Counted from the stretch's first letter, positions 1 through 10,013 are shown. The stretch is 64,000 nucleotides of DNA from Pirellulales bacterium (GCA_018401745.1 JAGYJY010000020.1:32250-96249), one strand, 5' to 3'. A program made the numbers and translations. The notes: a model not told the origin generated them from the sequence alone.

Positions 1-122
1 TGGCCATATCGTGGCAACTCCCAACAAAGGTGCGGATTCTGTTTTTCGCAGCAACAGCAGCGCCCGCTGCCGTCACCCTAGAAAGTGTATCCCGATGCCT
101 GATGGCGGCAAAGATCGAGAGC

Positions 123-1301
123 TCAGGCCCGCAGCCTGCCCACCGCGTCGGCAATCAGCCCCACCGCCCGGTCGATTTCATCGGCAGTGGTGAACCGCGA
201 GAGGCCAAAACGCAGGCTTGCCCGGGCCTGGTCGTCGTCGAGCCCGATCGCCCGCAGGACGTGGCTCGGCCGAGGCGTGGCCGACGAGCAGGCGCTCCCG
301 CTGGAGACAGCCAGTTCTCCCTCTCCGAGCGTGGCGAGCAGGGTCTGCCCGTCGACTCCGCCAATCCGCACATTGAGGTTGCCCGGCAGCCGCTGGCCGG
401 GATCAGCGAGGGCTGGCCCGTTGAGGTGCACGTCGCTGATTCGCGAGATCAACCCCTCCCAGAGCCGATCTCGCAGCTGCCGCATGCTGGCCGCTTCCGC
501 CTCAAGGCTCGCCGCAGCGATTTCAGCTGCCGCCCCAAGCCCCACGATTCCCGGAACATCGAGCGTGCCGCTGCGCAGCCCCCGCTCCTGCCCGCCGCCA
601 AACACCCGCGGCGAAAGCCGAGCCACCCGCTGGCGGCGGCGGACAAACAACGCCCCCACGCCCTTGGGCCCATGAAACTTGTGGGCGGAAAGACTCAGCA
701 GATCCGCCCCGAGCGCGTCGACATCCACCGGAATCTTGCCGACAGCCTGGGCGGCGTCGATGTGCAGCACCGCCCCGCAGGCATGAGCGAGCCCCGCCGC
801 CTCGGCCGCCGGCTGAATCGTGCCGATCTCATTGTTGGCCAGGAGAAGGCTCACCAGAAACGTGCCTGCCCCGCAGGCCTCGGCCAGCTCGTCGGGGCGA
901 ATCCGACCAGCCGACGCGCTGGCGGCATCCTCCACGCCGAGCATCGCCACCTCGAAGCCTCGCCCGGCGAGATGCTCAAGCGGATCGAGCACCGCCGAAT
1001 GCTCGCTCTCCCAGCTCACCAGCCTGCCGGTGTCTCGGCCTGGGCGGCCCGCCGATCCAAGGATCGCGAGATTGGTGCTCTCAGTCGCCCCGCTGGTGAA
1101 GAGGATCTCGCGGGGCTCGGCCCCGATCGCCGCGGCCACCTGCGCTCGAGCCACCTCCACCGCCTCACGGGCCTCACGGCCAAACGCATGCGTCAGGCTG
1201 CCCGCGTTGCCGTAGCGATCGGAGAGCCAGGGCAGCATGGCCTCGAGCACCCGCGGGTCGAGCCGAGTGGTCGCATGGTTGTCGAGGTAGATGGCCATCA
1301 C
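123..1301 (-). CDS. cysteine desulfurase, IscS/NifS family (PLP-dependent)
   Basis: 392-aa ORF. It has the N-terminal 'IYLDNHATT' motif, the PLP-lysine motif 'SAHKFHGPKG' and the active-site Cys loop 'SSGSACSS'. Its start overlaps the stop of the upstream gene by 4 nt. Confidence 0.9.
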   Translation of the reverse strand: MMAIYLDNHATTRLDPRVLEAMLPWLSDRYGNAGSLTHAFGREAREAVEVARAQVAAAIGAEPREILFTSGATESTNLAILGSAGRPGRDTGRLVSWESEHSAVLDPLEHLAGRGFEVAMLGVEDAASASAGRIRPDELAEACGAGTFLVSLLLANNEIGTIQPAAEAAGLAHACGAVLHIDAAQAVGKIPVDVDALGADLLSLSAHKFHGPKGVGALFVRRRQRVARLSPRVFGGGQERGLRSGTLDVPGIVGLGAAAEIAAASLEAEAASMRQLRDRLWEGLISRISDVHLNGPALADPGQRLPGNLNVRIGGVDGQTLLATLGEGELAVSSGSACSSATPRPSHVLRAIGLDDDQARASLRFGLSRFTTADEIDRAVGLIADAVGRLRA

Positions 1302-1972
1302 TCTGCATGGTAGGCCGCAGGGCCGCCGATCATCGCCGCCGCCAACGCATCGATGGCGATCTGCGACCAGGTTTCAAAGCGCTCGCGGTCGGCCTGCAGC
1401 TCAGCGAGCGAATGGAAGCCTCCATCCATGAGATCCGCCTCTCGGGAGGCCACCTCAGGCAGTTCCAGGTCGAGCACGTGCAGGATTCCCAGGTGCACAC
1501 TGCCAACGGCGGTGGCGTCGTCGTTGATCAGGCCGACACAGCTGCTCCGGTAGCCACCAGCAATCGCCACCTCTTCGTCGAGCTCTCGCCGCATGCCCGA
1601 CTCGTAGGACCGGTCGTCGCCATGCTCGCCATCAATGCTTGAGATATGGCCGCCGATGCCAAGCGACCGCTTCGCTCGCAGCCGGGCCTCCTGCTGGCCG
1701 CCGCCGCGGGTGTAGGCGAAGTAGCGGGGATCGCCATCGTCGCTCTGCCAGCGGAGCACGCAGTAGGGAATCAGCTGCTTAAACGACGGATCCTCTTCCA
1801 CAACGGCCCGCGTCCGCCACGACGTGTTGCCCGGATCGAGCAGAGCCGGCAGGTAGCGGTCGACCTCGCCGCAAAAGCCTTGGAACACGCCCACGGCCTC
1901 GAGCACCGACCGCGGCACCACGAGCACCTCTTCCGCCAGCCCTTCGCCCATCGTTTCCCTCCTGCCTGTCAA
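1298..1972 (-). CDS. Nudix-fold hydrolase-like protein
   Basis: 224-aa ORF with a Nudix-box-like stretch 'GGHISS...YESGMRRELDEEVAI'. Co-directional with the cysteine desulfurase and overlaps it by 4 nt. Confidence 0.55.
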   Translation of the reverse strand: MTGRRETMGEGLAEEVLVVPRSVLEAVGVFQGFCGEVDRYLPALLDPGNTSWRTRAVVEEDPSFKQLIPYCVLRWQSDDGDPRYFAYTRGGGQQEARLRAKRSLGIGGHISSIDGEHGDDRSYESGMRRELDEEVAIAGGYRSSCVGLINDDATAVGSVHLGILHVLDLELPEVASREADLMDGGFHSLAELQADRERFETWSQIAIDALAAAMIGGPAAYHAE

Positions 1973-2000
1973 ACCTGGGAGCCACGGCCTGAAGCCGCAG

Positions 2001-3089
2001 TCACACGATCAGCATCGCGTCGCCGTAGCTGAGCAGCCGGTAGCCCTGCTCGATGGCCTCGGCGTAGGCCGCCAGGATCGCCTCGCGGCTCGCGAATGTG
2101 CTCACCAGCACCAGAAGGGTTGTCCGCGGCATGTGGAAGTTCGTCAACAGGCAATCCACCGCACGGAAGGAAAATCCGGGGCGAATGTAGAGATCGGTGG
2201 TGCCTGAGAAGGGCTCGAGCCGGCCGCTGCGAGCCGCCGATTCAAGCGTCCGGACGCTCGTCGTGCCCACAGCCAGCACCCGTCGGCCAGCCTGCTTGGC
2301 TGCCTCAATCGCTGCCACCGTCTCCGCTGGGCAGGTGCACCACTCGGTGTGCATCGGGTGCTCGGCAATCGCTGCGGTGCTGATCGGCCGGAAGGTGTCG
2401 AGGCCCACATGCAGCGTGACGCGGGCCTGCCGCATGCCGCGGGCCTCCCAGGCGGCGAGCAGTTCGGGAGTGAAATGGAGCCCAGCGGTCGGGGCGGCGG
2501 CGGAACCAGCAGCCCTGGCAAACACCGTCTGATACCGCTCCACATCGCCCGGATGCTCCACGCCGCCGCGGATGTAGCCCGGCAGTGGCACGCGGCCAAT
2601 CCGCTCAAGCACGCGATCCGCATCCACAGGCCCTCCGCTGTCTGCCGAGCCCGCCTGGGAAGCCGACGCGTCGAGCACAGCCAGCCAGCTGCCGCCTTCC
2701 GCCCGGTCGAGCATCACCAGCTCCGCAGCGTCGTGGCCCTCGCGATCGACCAGCACGATCCGCTCGCCCGGCTGCACCCGTCCACGGGTTTTCGCCAGCA
2801 GTTTCCAGGACGGGCCTTCGACGGCCAGCACGAGCCCCTCCCAGCGACCTCCGGTCTCTTTGCGGCGGCCCACAAGCCGAGCCGGCCGCACGCGGGTGTC
2901 GTTGCTCACCAGCAGGTCGCCTGCCTGGAAATACTCCGGCAGATCACGGACATGCCGGTGCTCGATTTGCCCTGTTGCTCGATGCAACACGAGCATCCGC
3001 GCCGCATCACGACGGGCGAGCGGCCGCTGGGCAATCGCCTCCTCGGGAAGCGCATAGTCGTAGGCTGCTGCCTCGTCCGCACCGCTCAT
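2001..3089 (-). CDS. queA: S-adenosylmethionine:tRNA ribosyltransferase-isomerase
   Basis: Typical QueA signatures: 'YDYALPEEAIAQRPL', 'GLHFTPELL', 'TNFHMPRTTLLVLVSTFA', 'LSYGDAMLI'. I placed the start at the internal ATG (MSGADEAA), which overlaps the stop of the upstream LysM gene by 4 nt. The longer ORF start at 3173 is less likely. Confidence 0.9.
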   Translation of the reverse strand: MSGADEAAAYDYALPEEAIAQRPLARRDAARMLVLHRATGQIEHRHVRDLPEYFQAGDLLVSNDTRVRPARLVGRRKETGGRWEGLVLAVEGPSWKLLAKTRGRVQPGERIVLVDREGHDAAELVMLDRAEGGSWLAVLDASASQAGSADSGGPVDADRVLERIGRVPLPGYIRGGVEHPGDVERYQTVFARAAGSAAAPTAGLHFTPELLAAWEARGMRQARVTLHVGLDTFRPISTAAIAEHPMHTEWCTCPAETVAAIEAAKQAGRRVLAVGTTSVRTLESAARSGRLEPFSGTTDLYIRPGFSFRAVDCLLTNFHMPRTTLLVLVSTFASREAILAAYAEAIEQGYRLLSYGDAMLIV

Positions 3090-4141
3090 GGCACAACCAG
3101 CTGCATGCCAGGCGTGAGTGGCCCGGGGCTGCGGCCAAGCGCTTCCCGATTGGCGTCGTAGAGCTCTCGCCACCGCGACGAGGAGCCGAGTTGCTCGCGG
3201 GCGATCGAAATCAGTGTGTCGCCCTCTCGCACCACAATCGTCTGGCCATCCGGCACCAGGTTCGCCTGCCCGGGCAGCTCCGTTGCCGATGTCTGCACGA
3301 TCTCAGCGGGGCCGACCGCGGCGGCCAGGTCGCTGGGAAGCAGCCCTGCATGGGCCGTGGCGAGCGCGTTGATCGGCGGCACCTCAAGCCTCGTTCCGGG
3401 AGCGAGCGAGACACGGGGATCGATCGCCCGATTCCAGGCGAAGAGCGGCTTGTAGAGCCGGCCGTCGCCGTAGGCCCGCTCGGCAATGCTCCACCAGGTG
3501 TCGTCGCCGGTGACCGTGTGGCTCCCTGCGGCAATCGGCATCGCGTTTGGCGGAGGCGAGAAACGGCCCGGCGGCTCGACCGCCTGCCCCGCATCAGGCG
3601 AGCCACCAAACCCACCGGCTACCACGCCGGCAGCGTCGATGCCCACATCGGCGGGCGGCAGCAGATGCTCATCAGCCGCAGGGAAACCGCCCTCCTCGGG
3701 CAGGCCGCTGTCAGAGTCGTCTGCTGCCGTGACAACGGCCGGGAAGCCACCAGGCTCCGCGGCGGGATCGGCCTGCCAGAACGTCGGTGGCTCAGGCATG
3801 CCGCCATCCGGGTCGTCGGCGGCCAGCAGATCGGCTGCCGCGCCGCTTTCCGTTTCGCTCTCGTTGCCCGCTCCCTCGGGACCAGGCATGTCGATCGCCG
3901 AAAACACGGAAGGCTCGAGCCGATCAAACGACGGCGGCTCCACGATCGGGCCGCCGACATGATCGCTGGCAGGAAGATGCACATCCGGCCCTGCGCCATC
4001 CGGGGGCCGCGGCACAAACAGCTTCGAGCCGAGCACCCCCACAAACCCCGAACTGAGGGTTCCCAGCAGCGCCAGCAGGATCTTGGTTTCACGGCCCATC
4101 ATGATGGGCGGGAGTGTGAAAAACCGTCGACTTCCAGACAA
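3086..4141 (-). CDS. membrane-anchored protein with two C-terminal LysM domains
   Basis: N-terminal hydrophobic anchor 'ILLALLGTLSSGFVGVLG', an acidic Pro/Ala-rich linker, then two LysM-like repeats ('HTVTGDDTWWSIAERAYGDGRLYKPLFAWN' and 'VVREGDTLISIAREQLGSSSRWRELYDAN'). Confidence 0.8.
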   Translation of the reverse strand: MSGSRRFFTLPPIMMGRETKILLALLGTLSSGFVGVLGSKLFVPRPPDGAGPDVHLPASDHVGGPIVEPPSFDRLEPSVFSAIDMPGPEGAGNESETESGAAADLLAADDPDGGMPEPPTFWQADPAAEPGGFPAVVTAADDSDSGLPEEGGFPAADEHLLPPADVGIDAAGVVAGGFGGSPDAGQAVEPPGRFSPPPNAMPIAAGSHTVTGDDTWWSIAERAYGDGRLYKPLFAWNRAIDPRVSLAPGTRLEVPPINALATAHAGLLPSDLAAAVGPAEIVQTSATELPGQANLVPDGQTIVVREGDTLISIAREQLGSSSRWRELYDANREALGRSPGPLTPGMQLVVP

Positions 4142-4162
4142 CGGCAGTTCTCCGCTGGCAGC

Positions 4163-5057
4163 TCAGCCTGGCTTCTCCGCAACCCGCAGCTTGGCAGAGC
4201 GGCTGCGGGAGTTGCTGCCCAGCTCCCCCTCGCTTGCCGTCACCGGCGTGCGGGTCAGCGCGAACCACTGCTGACTGTTGCGAAACGCTTCCTTCACGAG
4301 CCTGTCTTCGAGCGAGTGGAAGGAGATCACCGCCAGTCGACCGCCGGGCTTGAGCCGCTCGGGAATCCGCTCAAGCGCCAGCCGCAGGCTCTTGAGCTCC
4401 TCATTGACGGCGATCCGCAGGGCCTGAAACGTGCGGGTGGCAGGGTGAATCCGCTGTGGGGTTTTCGGCCGCGGCACCGCCGAGGCCACCAGCCGGGCGA
4501 AATCTTTCGCCAGGTGGATCGGTTCGCTCTCCCTGACCTGGGCAATCCGCCGGGCAATCCGCCGGCTGAATCGCTCCTCGCCATAGGCATAAATCAGGTC
4601 AGCGAGATGCTCCGGCTTGAGCCTGTTGACGAGGCGAAAGGCCGGCTCCCCTTCGCTGGGGTCAAACCGCAGGTCGAGCGGGCCCTCTGCCTCGAAGGAG
4701 AAGCCGCGTTGGCGATCAGCCAGCTGATCGCTGGAAAGACCGATGTCGAGCAGCACGGCGTCGACAGCCTCCACCCCCACGGCGTCGAGCACCTCGGGAA
4801 TGATCACAGAAGTTGGCCTGCGCGAAGCGAATCGGCAGCCCCGCCAGTTCGCGGCAGGCCCGATCGATGGCAGTGGCATCGCGGTCGATCGCGATCACAA
4901 GCCCCTGCGGCCCCACCGCCTCGGCGAGCAGCCGGGTGTGGCCGCCACCGCCGAGCGTGCCATCCACCACGATCGCCCCGGGCTGCGGCGACAGAAAGTC
5001 GAGTGTCTCCTGGGGAAGCACACTCGTGTGGCACGTTTTGTGGTCAATCTCATTCAT
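4163..5057 (-). CDS. rsmH: 16S rRNA (cytosine1402-N4)-methyltransferase RsmH, frame-disrupted as assembled
   Basis: The N-terminal part is in ORF 4716..5057 (SAM motif 'VDGTLGGGGHTRLL'). The rest is in ORF 4163..4879 in another frame ('LLDIGLSSDQLADRQRGFSF', 'ISFHSLEDRLVK'). The frame switches near 4800-4812, between '...RFAQANF' and 'VIIPEVLD...'. Confidence 0.85.
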
Positions 5058-5143
5058 CTCGTCCGCCTCGCTGCATCACCTCGTGCAAGTGTACGTGGTG
5101 ATGTGCCCGGCTGGCTGACGAGAAACAATCGAAAACCCGGCGA

Positions 5144-6046
5144 TCACTTCACGCCAAACTTGTAGGCCGGGTTTCGTGGATCGAAATCGATGTCTGTGAA
5201 GCCCTGGTTCACCTGCACGTTCATGTAGGTGTATTCCTCCATGAGCACAGGCTGCCCGCCCGTTTCCTGCGGCCAGTCGTAGGCCTCGTAACGAACCGGA
5301 ATCTTCAGCTCGTCATCGATAAACACACGAGCAAGGTGAAAACGGAAGTTGCGACGGGGCACCGGATGGGTCACCTGAATGCAGGTGCAGATCCGGCCGT
5401 TGACCTTGGCACCGGGAAAAAAGTTGACTTCGCACTCGCCAAACTGCTTGTCGTGCTCAGCGACTTCGACAAGCCGACGCGTCAGGTTCTCGACGCCAAG
5501 CTCGGTGATCGGGTAGCGGTTGCCCTGCATCGCCAGCATGCTCGACGGCTTCAGCGACACCATCCCCACCATCGCCCGCACACCGCTGCCGGCATGGGCG
5601 AGAATGTTGTCGTCGTTCTGACCGGCGACGTAGATCACCTCCTGCCCCTTGACGGCCTCCGGAGCAAGGAAGGAGAGATAGACGCTAAACGGCTCGTGCC
5701 GCAGCTTGCAGAACATATATTCATGCTCGCCGAGGACGCCGTCGATCCGCTCCCGCTTGACCATCGTGGCCGAGTAGTCCTGGATCATGGCATCGATGTT
5801 GGCCAGACCCTGCTGAGCGATCTTGAGAGCCGGCTCCAGCGGATGCTCGGCGGTTGCGGCAGCGGCGGCCTCGTCGGCGTTGGCATTGCCGACAGCTCCA
5901 CCACCCTGCGGAATCAGCCCTGGCACCTGTTCGGCCCCAGCCTGCTGGGAGAAGGCAAAACCGGGAAGAGCGACCACCGTGGCCACAGCCACGACCGCCG
6001 TCACTGACAAACGAAAAAAGTCGGGCATTGCTCGAGCAGCCGTCAT
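5144..6046 (-). CDS. secreted protein, DUF1571-like (function unknown)
   Basis: 300-aa ORF with a signal peptide 'VTAVVAVATVVALPGFAFSQQ'. The body ('YSATMVKRERIDGVLGEHEYMFCKLRHEPFSVYLSF') resembles DUF1571-type proteins as I recall them. The family assignment is not verified. Confidence 0.45.
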   Translation of the reverse strand: MTAARAMPDFFRLSVTAVVAVATVVALPGFAFSQQAGAEQVPGLIPQGGGAVGNANADEAAAAATAEHPLEPALKIAQQGLANIDAMIQDYSATMVKRERIDGVLGEHEYMFCKLRHEPFSVYLSFLAPEAVKGQEVIYVAGQNDDNILAHAGSGVRAMVGMVSLKPSSMLAMQGNRYPITELGVENLTRRLVEVAEHDKQFGECEVNFFPGAKVNGRICTCIQVTHPVPRRNFRFHLARVFIDDELKIPVRYEAYDWPQETGGQPVLMEEYTYMNVQVNQGFTDIDFDPRNPAYKFGVK

Positions 6047-6265
6047 CCGTTGGGTTCCTCCATGACAGGTCTGGCCACCGCGGCGGAACTCGTAGCGGAG
6101 CCATCAACGCTGCAGCATCCCTGCAGCGGGCGGAGTCTAGCCAGGCCAGATCCCGCCTACCAGATCAGTAATCGGGCCGAAAACACGGGAAATTCAAGCC
6201 AAAACTTGTTGTTTTTACCATTCCCGGACATGCTGAGCAGGAACAACCCGCGAGCCACCCCCCCG

Positions 6266-6994
6266 ATGGCACACCTGCACACGATCGACATGCCTTCTTT
6301 CGCTGGTCGACCGCCACTGAGCCTGACGTGCATCGAATCCTCGCCGTTTGCTGAAAACAGCTACGTGCTGGCGAGGACCGATCGCGGAATCTGCGTGGTG
6401 TTTGATCCAGGGTTTGAGCCCGACGCGATCATCGATGTGATCGAATCGAACGGCCTCGCCCCGCAGGCCATCCTGCTGACACACGGCCATTCCGACCACA
6501 TCGCCGGCAATGCCGCCCTCAAACAGCGGTGGCCGGATCTGCCCATTCTGGTGGGGGAATCCGAGGCCAACAAACTGATCGACCCTGAGAAAAACCTCTC
6601 GCGGGGCTTTGGCATCGACCTGGTCAGCCCGCCCGCCGACCGCATGCTTCGCGACCACGAGCGATTCGAAATCGCTGGCTTTCTCTTCGAGGTGCACGAA
6701 ATCCCGGGGCATTCCTCCGGGCATGTCGCCTTCCTTGTGTGGCCCGAAGAGGCCCATGACGGCCCGCCGATGGTCTTTGCCGGTGACATCCTCTTTCGCG
6801 GAAGTATCGGTCGCACTGACTTTCCCGACGGCAGCTTCCCGATCCTCGCCGCCGGGATTCGTGAACGGCTCTACCCGCTCCCGGAGGCGAGCCTCGTGCT
6901 CCCCGGCCATGGTGAGCCGACCACAATCGGCCGCGAACGAACCAGCAACCCCTACGTGACGGCAGCAGGCGACGGGCGCGGCGAGGTCACCTGA
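6266..6994 (+). CDS. MBL-fold metallo-hydrolase (glyoxalase II-like)
   Basis: HxHxDH motif 'LLTHGHSDHIAG', a later 'PGHSSGH', and 'GRTDFPDGS' typical of the hydroxyacylglutathione-hydrolase-like subgroup. The start was chosen at MAHLH; an alternative ATG is at 6230. Confidence 0.8.
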   Translation: MAHLHTIDMPSFAGRPPLSLTCIESSPFAENSYVLARTDRGICVVFDPGFEPDAIIDVIESNGLAPQAILLTHGHSDHIAGNAALKQRWPDLPILVGESEANKLIDPEKNLSRGFGIDLVSPPADRMLRDHERFEIAGFLFEVHEIPGHSSGHVAFLVWPEEAHDGPPMVFAGDILFRGSIGRTDFPDGSFPILAAGIRERLYPLPEASLVLPGHGEPTTIGRERTSNPYVTAAGDGRGEVT

Positions 6995-7146
6995 GCGGCC
7001 CTGCCAGGCATCGCCCCGCGGCTGCTGAGCAACTCCCACCGACGGACAACTGCCGAATTGATCTTTTTGCCCGTCAGTCTGCAGAATCTTCGAGCATACT
7101 GAAGGAAGAGGTTGATTCCTCGCAGCTTCGACGCGTTTGCCAGGCC

Positions 7147-7830
7147 ATGCTTTCCCCAGCCGATCCCCACCTGACGACGCCGCCGCCGGCCGCTGCAAAC
7201 GTGGTGGGCCGATCTCCGGTGTGCCATGCCGCTGGCCTGACGCTCGCCGCGATCGCCAGGGTGCTCTCCGGGGCAAGCGTTCGCTGGATCGCCAGCCAGC
7301 CCGACACATGCCAGCGGGTCTACTTCTCCAACCACACCAGCCATCTCGACGCCTTGCTGATCTGGTCGTCGCTGCCAAGGGCGGTGCGAGAACTCGCCAG
7401 GCCGGTGGCGGCCAAAGACTACTGGTCGCGGGGCGCTGTCCGCCGTTGGCTTGCGGAGAAAGTCTTCAACGCCCTGCTGATCGACCGCACTGACATCAAA
7501 GTGCACCAGAGCCCGGTGGACCTGATGCTTCGCGAGATCGGTGACACGAAGTCGCTGATCGTGTTTCCCGAGGGAAGCCGCAGCGTCAACGGCGAGATCG
7601 GCGACTTCAAGAGCGGGCTCTACTACCTCGCCAAGAAGCGGCCGGAACTCGAGCTCGTGCCTGTGCATGTCGACAACCTCAACCGCGTGCTGCCGCGTGG
7701 CGAGTTTCTGCCGGTCCCGATGCTCTCCTGCATCACCTTTGGCCCGCCGCTGTGGCTGGAACAGCAGGAAGCGAAGCTCGACTTTCTGGCGCGGGCCCGG
7801 CGGGCCGTCATGGCTCTCAAGGAATCCTGA
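7147..7830 (+). CDS. plsC: 1-acyl-sn-glycerol-3-phosphate acyltransferase
   Basis: Acyltransferase HX4D motif 'NHTSHLDAL' and 'VFPEGSRS' motif. Located next to cdsA. Confidence 0.85.
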   Translation: MLSPADPHLTTPPPAAANVVGRSPVCHAAGLTLAAIARVLSGASVRWIASQPDTCQRVYFSNHTSHLDALLIWSSLPRAVRELARPVAAKDYWSRGAVRRWLAEKVFNALLIDRTDIKVHQSPVDLMLREIGDTKSLIVFPEGSRSVNGEIGDFKSGLYYLAKKRPELELVPVHVDNLNRVLPRGEFLPVPMLSCITFGPPLWLEQQEAKLDFLARARRAVMALKES

Positions 7831-7852
7831 GAAGGGCCGGCCCGACGCAACC

Positions 7853-8830
7853 ATGAACGACCCCCGAACGCTCGCCTTGATTGTCGGCGTGCTCGCCCTG
7901 CTGGCCATCGTGACGGCCGTTGGCCAGTTTCTCCGCCGGCATCCCGACCGCGGTCTCGACCCTGCCGCCATCCGCTCTTTCAACAGCCGCATCCGCGGCT
8001 GGTGGATCATGTGCACCGTCTTGGCGGCCGCCTTCTGGCTGGGCACCACTGCCACCTTGGTGCTCTTTGGGCTCGTCTCCTTTTGGGCACTGCGGGAGTT
8101 CATCACGCTCACCCCCACAAGGCTCGGCGACCACCGCGCCCTGTTCTGGGTGTTTTTCGCCTTCACACCCGCCCACTACATCCTCGTGGGCTACGACCGC
8201 TACGACATTTTCAGCATTTTTCTCCCGCTCTACGGCACGCTCTTTGTCCTGGCCCGCGTGGCGATTGCCGGAGACTCCAAGCGGTTTCTTGAGCGGACAG
8301 CAAAGATTCAGGCTGGCCTGATGGTCTGCGTCTACTGCCTGTCGTTTGCGCCTGCCCTGCTGCAGCTGCCGGTCGCCACGCCGGCCAACGCCGAACCTCC
8401 GCTGGCCGCCACGGCCAACTTTCGGCTGCTCTTCTTCTTGATCCTGCTCGTGCAGTTTGCCGACTGCATGCAGTATGTCTGGAGCCGCATGATCGGCCGG
8501 CGACTGGTGGCTGCCTCGGTCAGCTCCAACCGAACCTGGGAGGGCCTGCTGGGCAGCGCTGTGAGCACCTCGCTGCTCGCCTCAGTCCTCTGGTGGGCAG
8601 CCCCGCCCTATCAGCCCTGGCAGGCGGCCCTGGCCGGATTTGTCGTGTCGCTGATGGGGTTTGCCGGCGGGATGACGATGTCGGCAATCAAGCGCGACCG
8701 TGGCGTGACCGACTATGGCACGCTCGTGACCGGGCATGGCGGCGTGCTCGATCGCATCGACTCAACCTGCTTCGCAGCACCGGTCTTCTACCACATCACC
8801 TTGCTGGTGGCCGACGTGGCCGTCCGCTGA
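7853..8830 (+). CDS. cdsA: phosphatidate cytidylyltransferase
   Basis: Polytopic membrane protein with the C-terminal CTP-transferase signature 'SAIKRDRGVTDYGTLVTGHGGVLDRIDS'. The start was set at MNDPRTLAL, just after the plsC stop; the upstream part of the ORF looks non-coding. Confidence 0.85.
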   Translation: MNDPRTLALIVGVLALLAIVTAVGQFLRRHPDRGLDPAAIRSFNSRIRGWWIMCTVLAAAFWLGTTATLVLFGLVSFWALREFITLTPTRLGDHRALFWVFFAFTPAHYILVGYDRYDIFSIFLPLYGTLFVLARVAIAGDSKRFLERTAKIQAGLMVCVYCLSFAPALLQLPVATPANAEPPLAATANFRLLFFLILLVQFADCMQYVWSRMIGRRLVAASVSSNRTWEGLLGSAVSTSLLASVLWWAAPPYQPWQAALAGFVVSLMGFAGGMTMSAIKRDRGVTDYGTLVTGHGGVLDRIDSTCFAAPVFYHITLLVADVAVR

Positions 8831-9813
8831 GGCTGCTCCGCGGGAGTGGCGGCAGCAGGAGGCGGTGCACTGCCCGCTCGCTGGTAGATCGACTGCCGAC
8901 GCGGCACCGAGGCGAGTTGCACCGGCGGCCGAGGCGGGCCGCCCGGATCTCTGCTTGGGTCTGGGCTCTGGCCGCGAGCGACAGGTGCGGCTGGCTGTTG
9001 CTCAGCCGCCACGAGCGTGGCCGGCGGTGCCGGGCATCCCTGCCGCACCCAGTCGAGCCAGACAGCCTGCATCTGCGGGGGATCAGCGATGCCGTAGAAG
9101 TTTTGCAGCGTGGCTGACCAGTTGCCACTGGCGAGCCCCTGACCAACAAAGTCAACATATTTTCTTCGGCCACCCCGCTCGATCAGGTAGCGAGCTAGCG
9201 AGTAGCCCTGGGCGTAGAGCGGCAGGACGTCGGGAGGATACTCCCGCATCGCAAACATCTGCGGGAAAGCGATGCCGCGGCCGGTGGTGAGAAACTCAAT
9301 CAGCATGCGATGCTGCCGCGCCCGCTCAGAGGGATGCTCCACCGTCGTGCAGGCGCCTTCGTCGGCCCACCGCGGCAGCGGCTGCCGAAAGTGACTGGCA
9401 AAGATGGTGTGGGTGACTTCATGCGGCAGCACCGAGTCGAGGATCCGCTGCTCGCTGCCCTGGATGGTCATCTGCCAGCCAAACACCTCACCGCGATCAA
9501 AGACAAAGCTCGTCGCTCCGCCAGCACCGAGGCTGTCTGCCACCTCCGCGGTGATTGGGCAGGGGCTCGCCCACCGCGGCAGCGGCCGGCCTGTCCACTC
9601 GATCGCCAGGTCGTGCCGGTATTGCTCAGCGGCGTCACCGATCTTGCGAGCAAGCTCTGGCGTTGGGGCTTCGATCACAAAGTTTGGGGTGCGGTAGCTT
9701 GCTGCCTCGACGGAACCGCCGTTGGCTGTCATGGCCACCACCAACGGGACCACCACCAACGCCATGAACCACCGCTGAGGGCCACTCATGGCGTCTTTGC
9801 AATCGGCTTCCAT
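8788..9813 (-). CDS. secreted protein with HExxH motif (putative zinc metallopeptidase-like)
   Basis: Signal peptide 'WFMALVVVPLVVAMTANGGSVEA', motif 'LPHEVTHTIF' followed by 'RWADEGA', and a Pro/Ala-rich C-terminal tail. It lies directly downstream of the giant paralog block, and its 3' end overlaps cdsA convergently. Confidence 0.5.
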   Translation of the reverse strand: MEADCKDAMSGPQRWFMALVVVPLVVAMTANGGSVEAASYRTPNFVIEAPTPELARKIGDAAEQYRHDLAIEWTGRPLPRWASPCPITAEVADSLGAGGATSFVFDRGEVFGWQMTIQGSEQRILDSVLPHEVTHTIFASHFRQPLPRWADEGACTTVEHPSERARQHRMLIEFLTTGRGIAFPQMFAMREYPPDVLPLYAQGYSLARYLIERGGRRKYVDFVGQGLASGNWSATLQNFYGIADPPQMQAVWLDWVRQGCPAPPATLVAAEQQPAAPVARGQSPDPSRDPGGPPRPPVQLASVPRRQSIYQRAGSAPPPAAATPAEQPQRTATSATSKVMW

Positions 9814-10013
9814 GCCCGCAGTTCTCCGTCATCGCTGCGTGCCAGCCTGACGGGCGTGGCCTCCTTGCCACACTGCGACGGCTTCGCGGGGACGGCCAAC
9901 GGCCGCCCTCGCCACGCGTGGGGGCGAACCGTAGCGAAGCCTCGGCAACGGGAGCCAGACCTTTTTCAGGCCGGAAAAACGCCCTTGCAATGCGGGGTTT
10001 TCCGCAGCCGCCA

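Noticed and set aside
30-1313. 427-aa plus-strand ORF opposite the cysteine desulfurase gene
   Set aside because: The minus-strand product has unmistakable class-V aminotransferase motifs. The plus-strand product is an Arg/Pro-rich artefact.
5034-5050. TGGCACGttttGTGGT sigma-54-like motif on the plus strand
   Set aside because: The -12 element is poor (GTGG versus TTGC), and the motif lies inside the rsmH coding region pointing antisense.
2585-5101. 838-aa plus-strand ORF spanning queA, the LysM gene and rsmH
   Set aside because: It is antisense to three genes with clear homology. Its translation is Arg/Pro/Ala/Gly-rich low-complexity sequence with no motifs. Long stop-free antisense frames are expected in GC-rich DNA.
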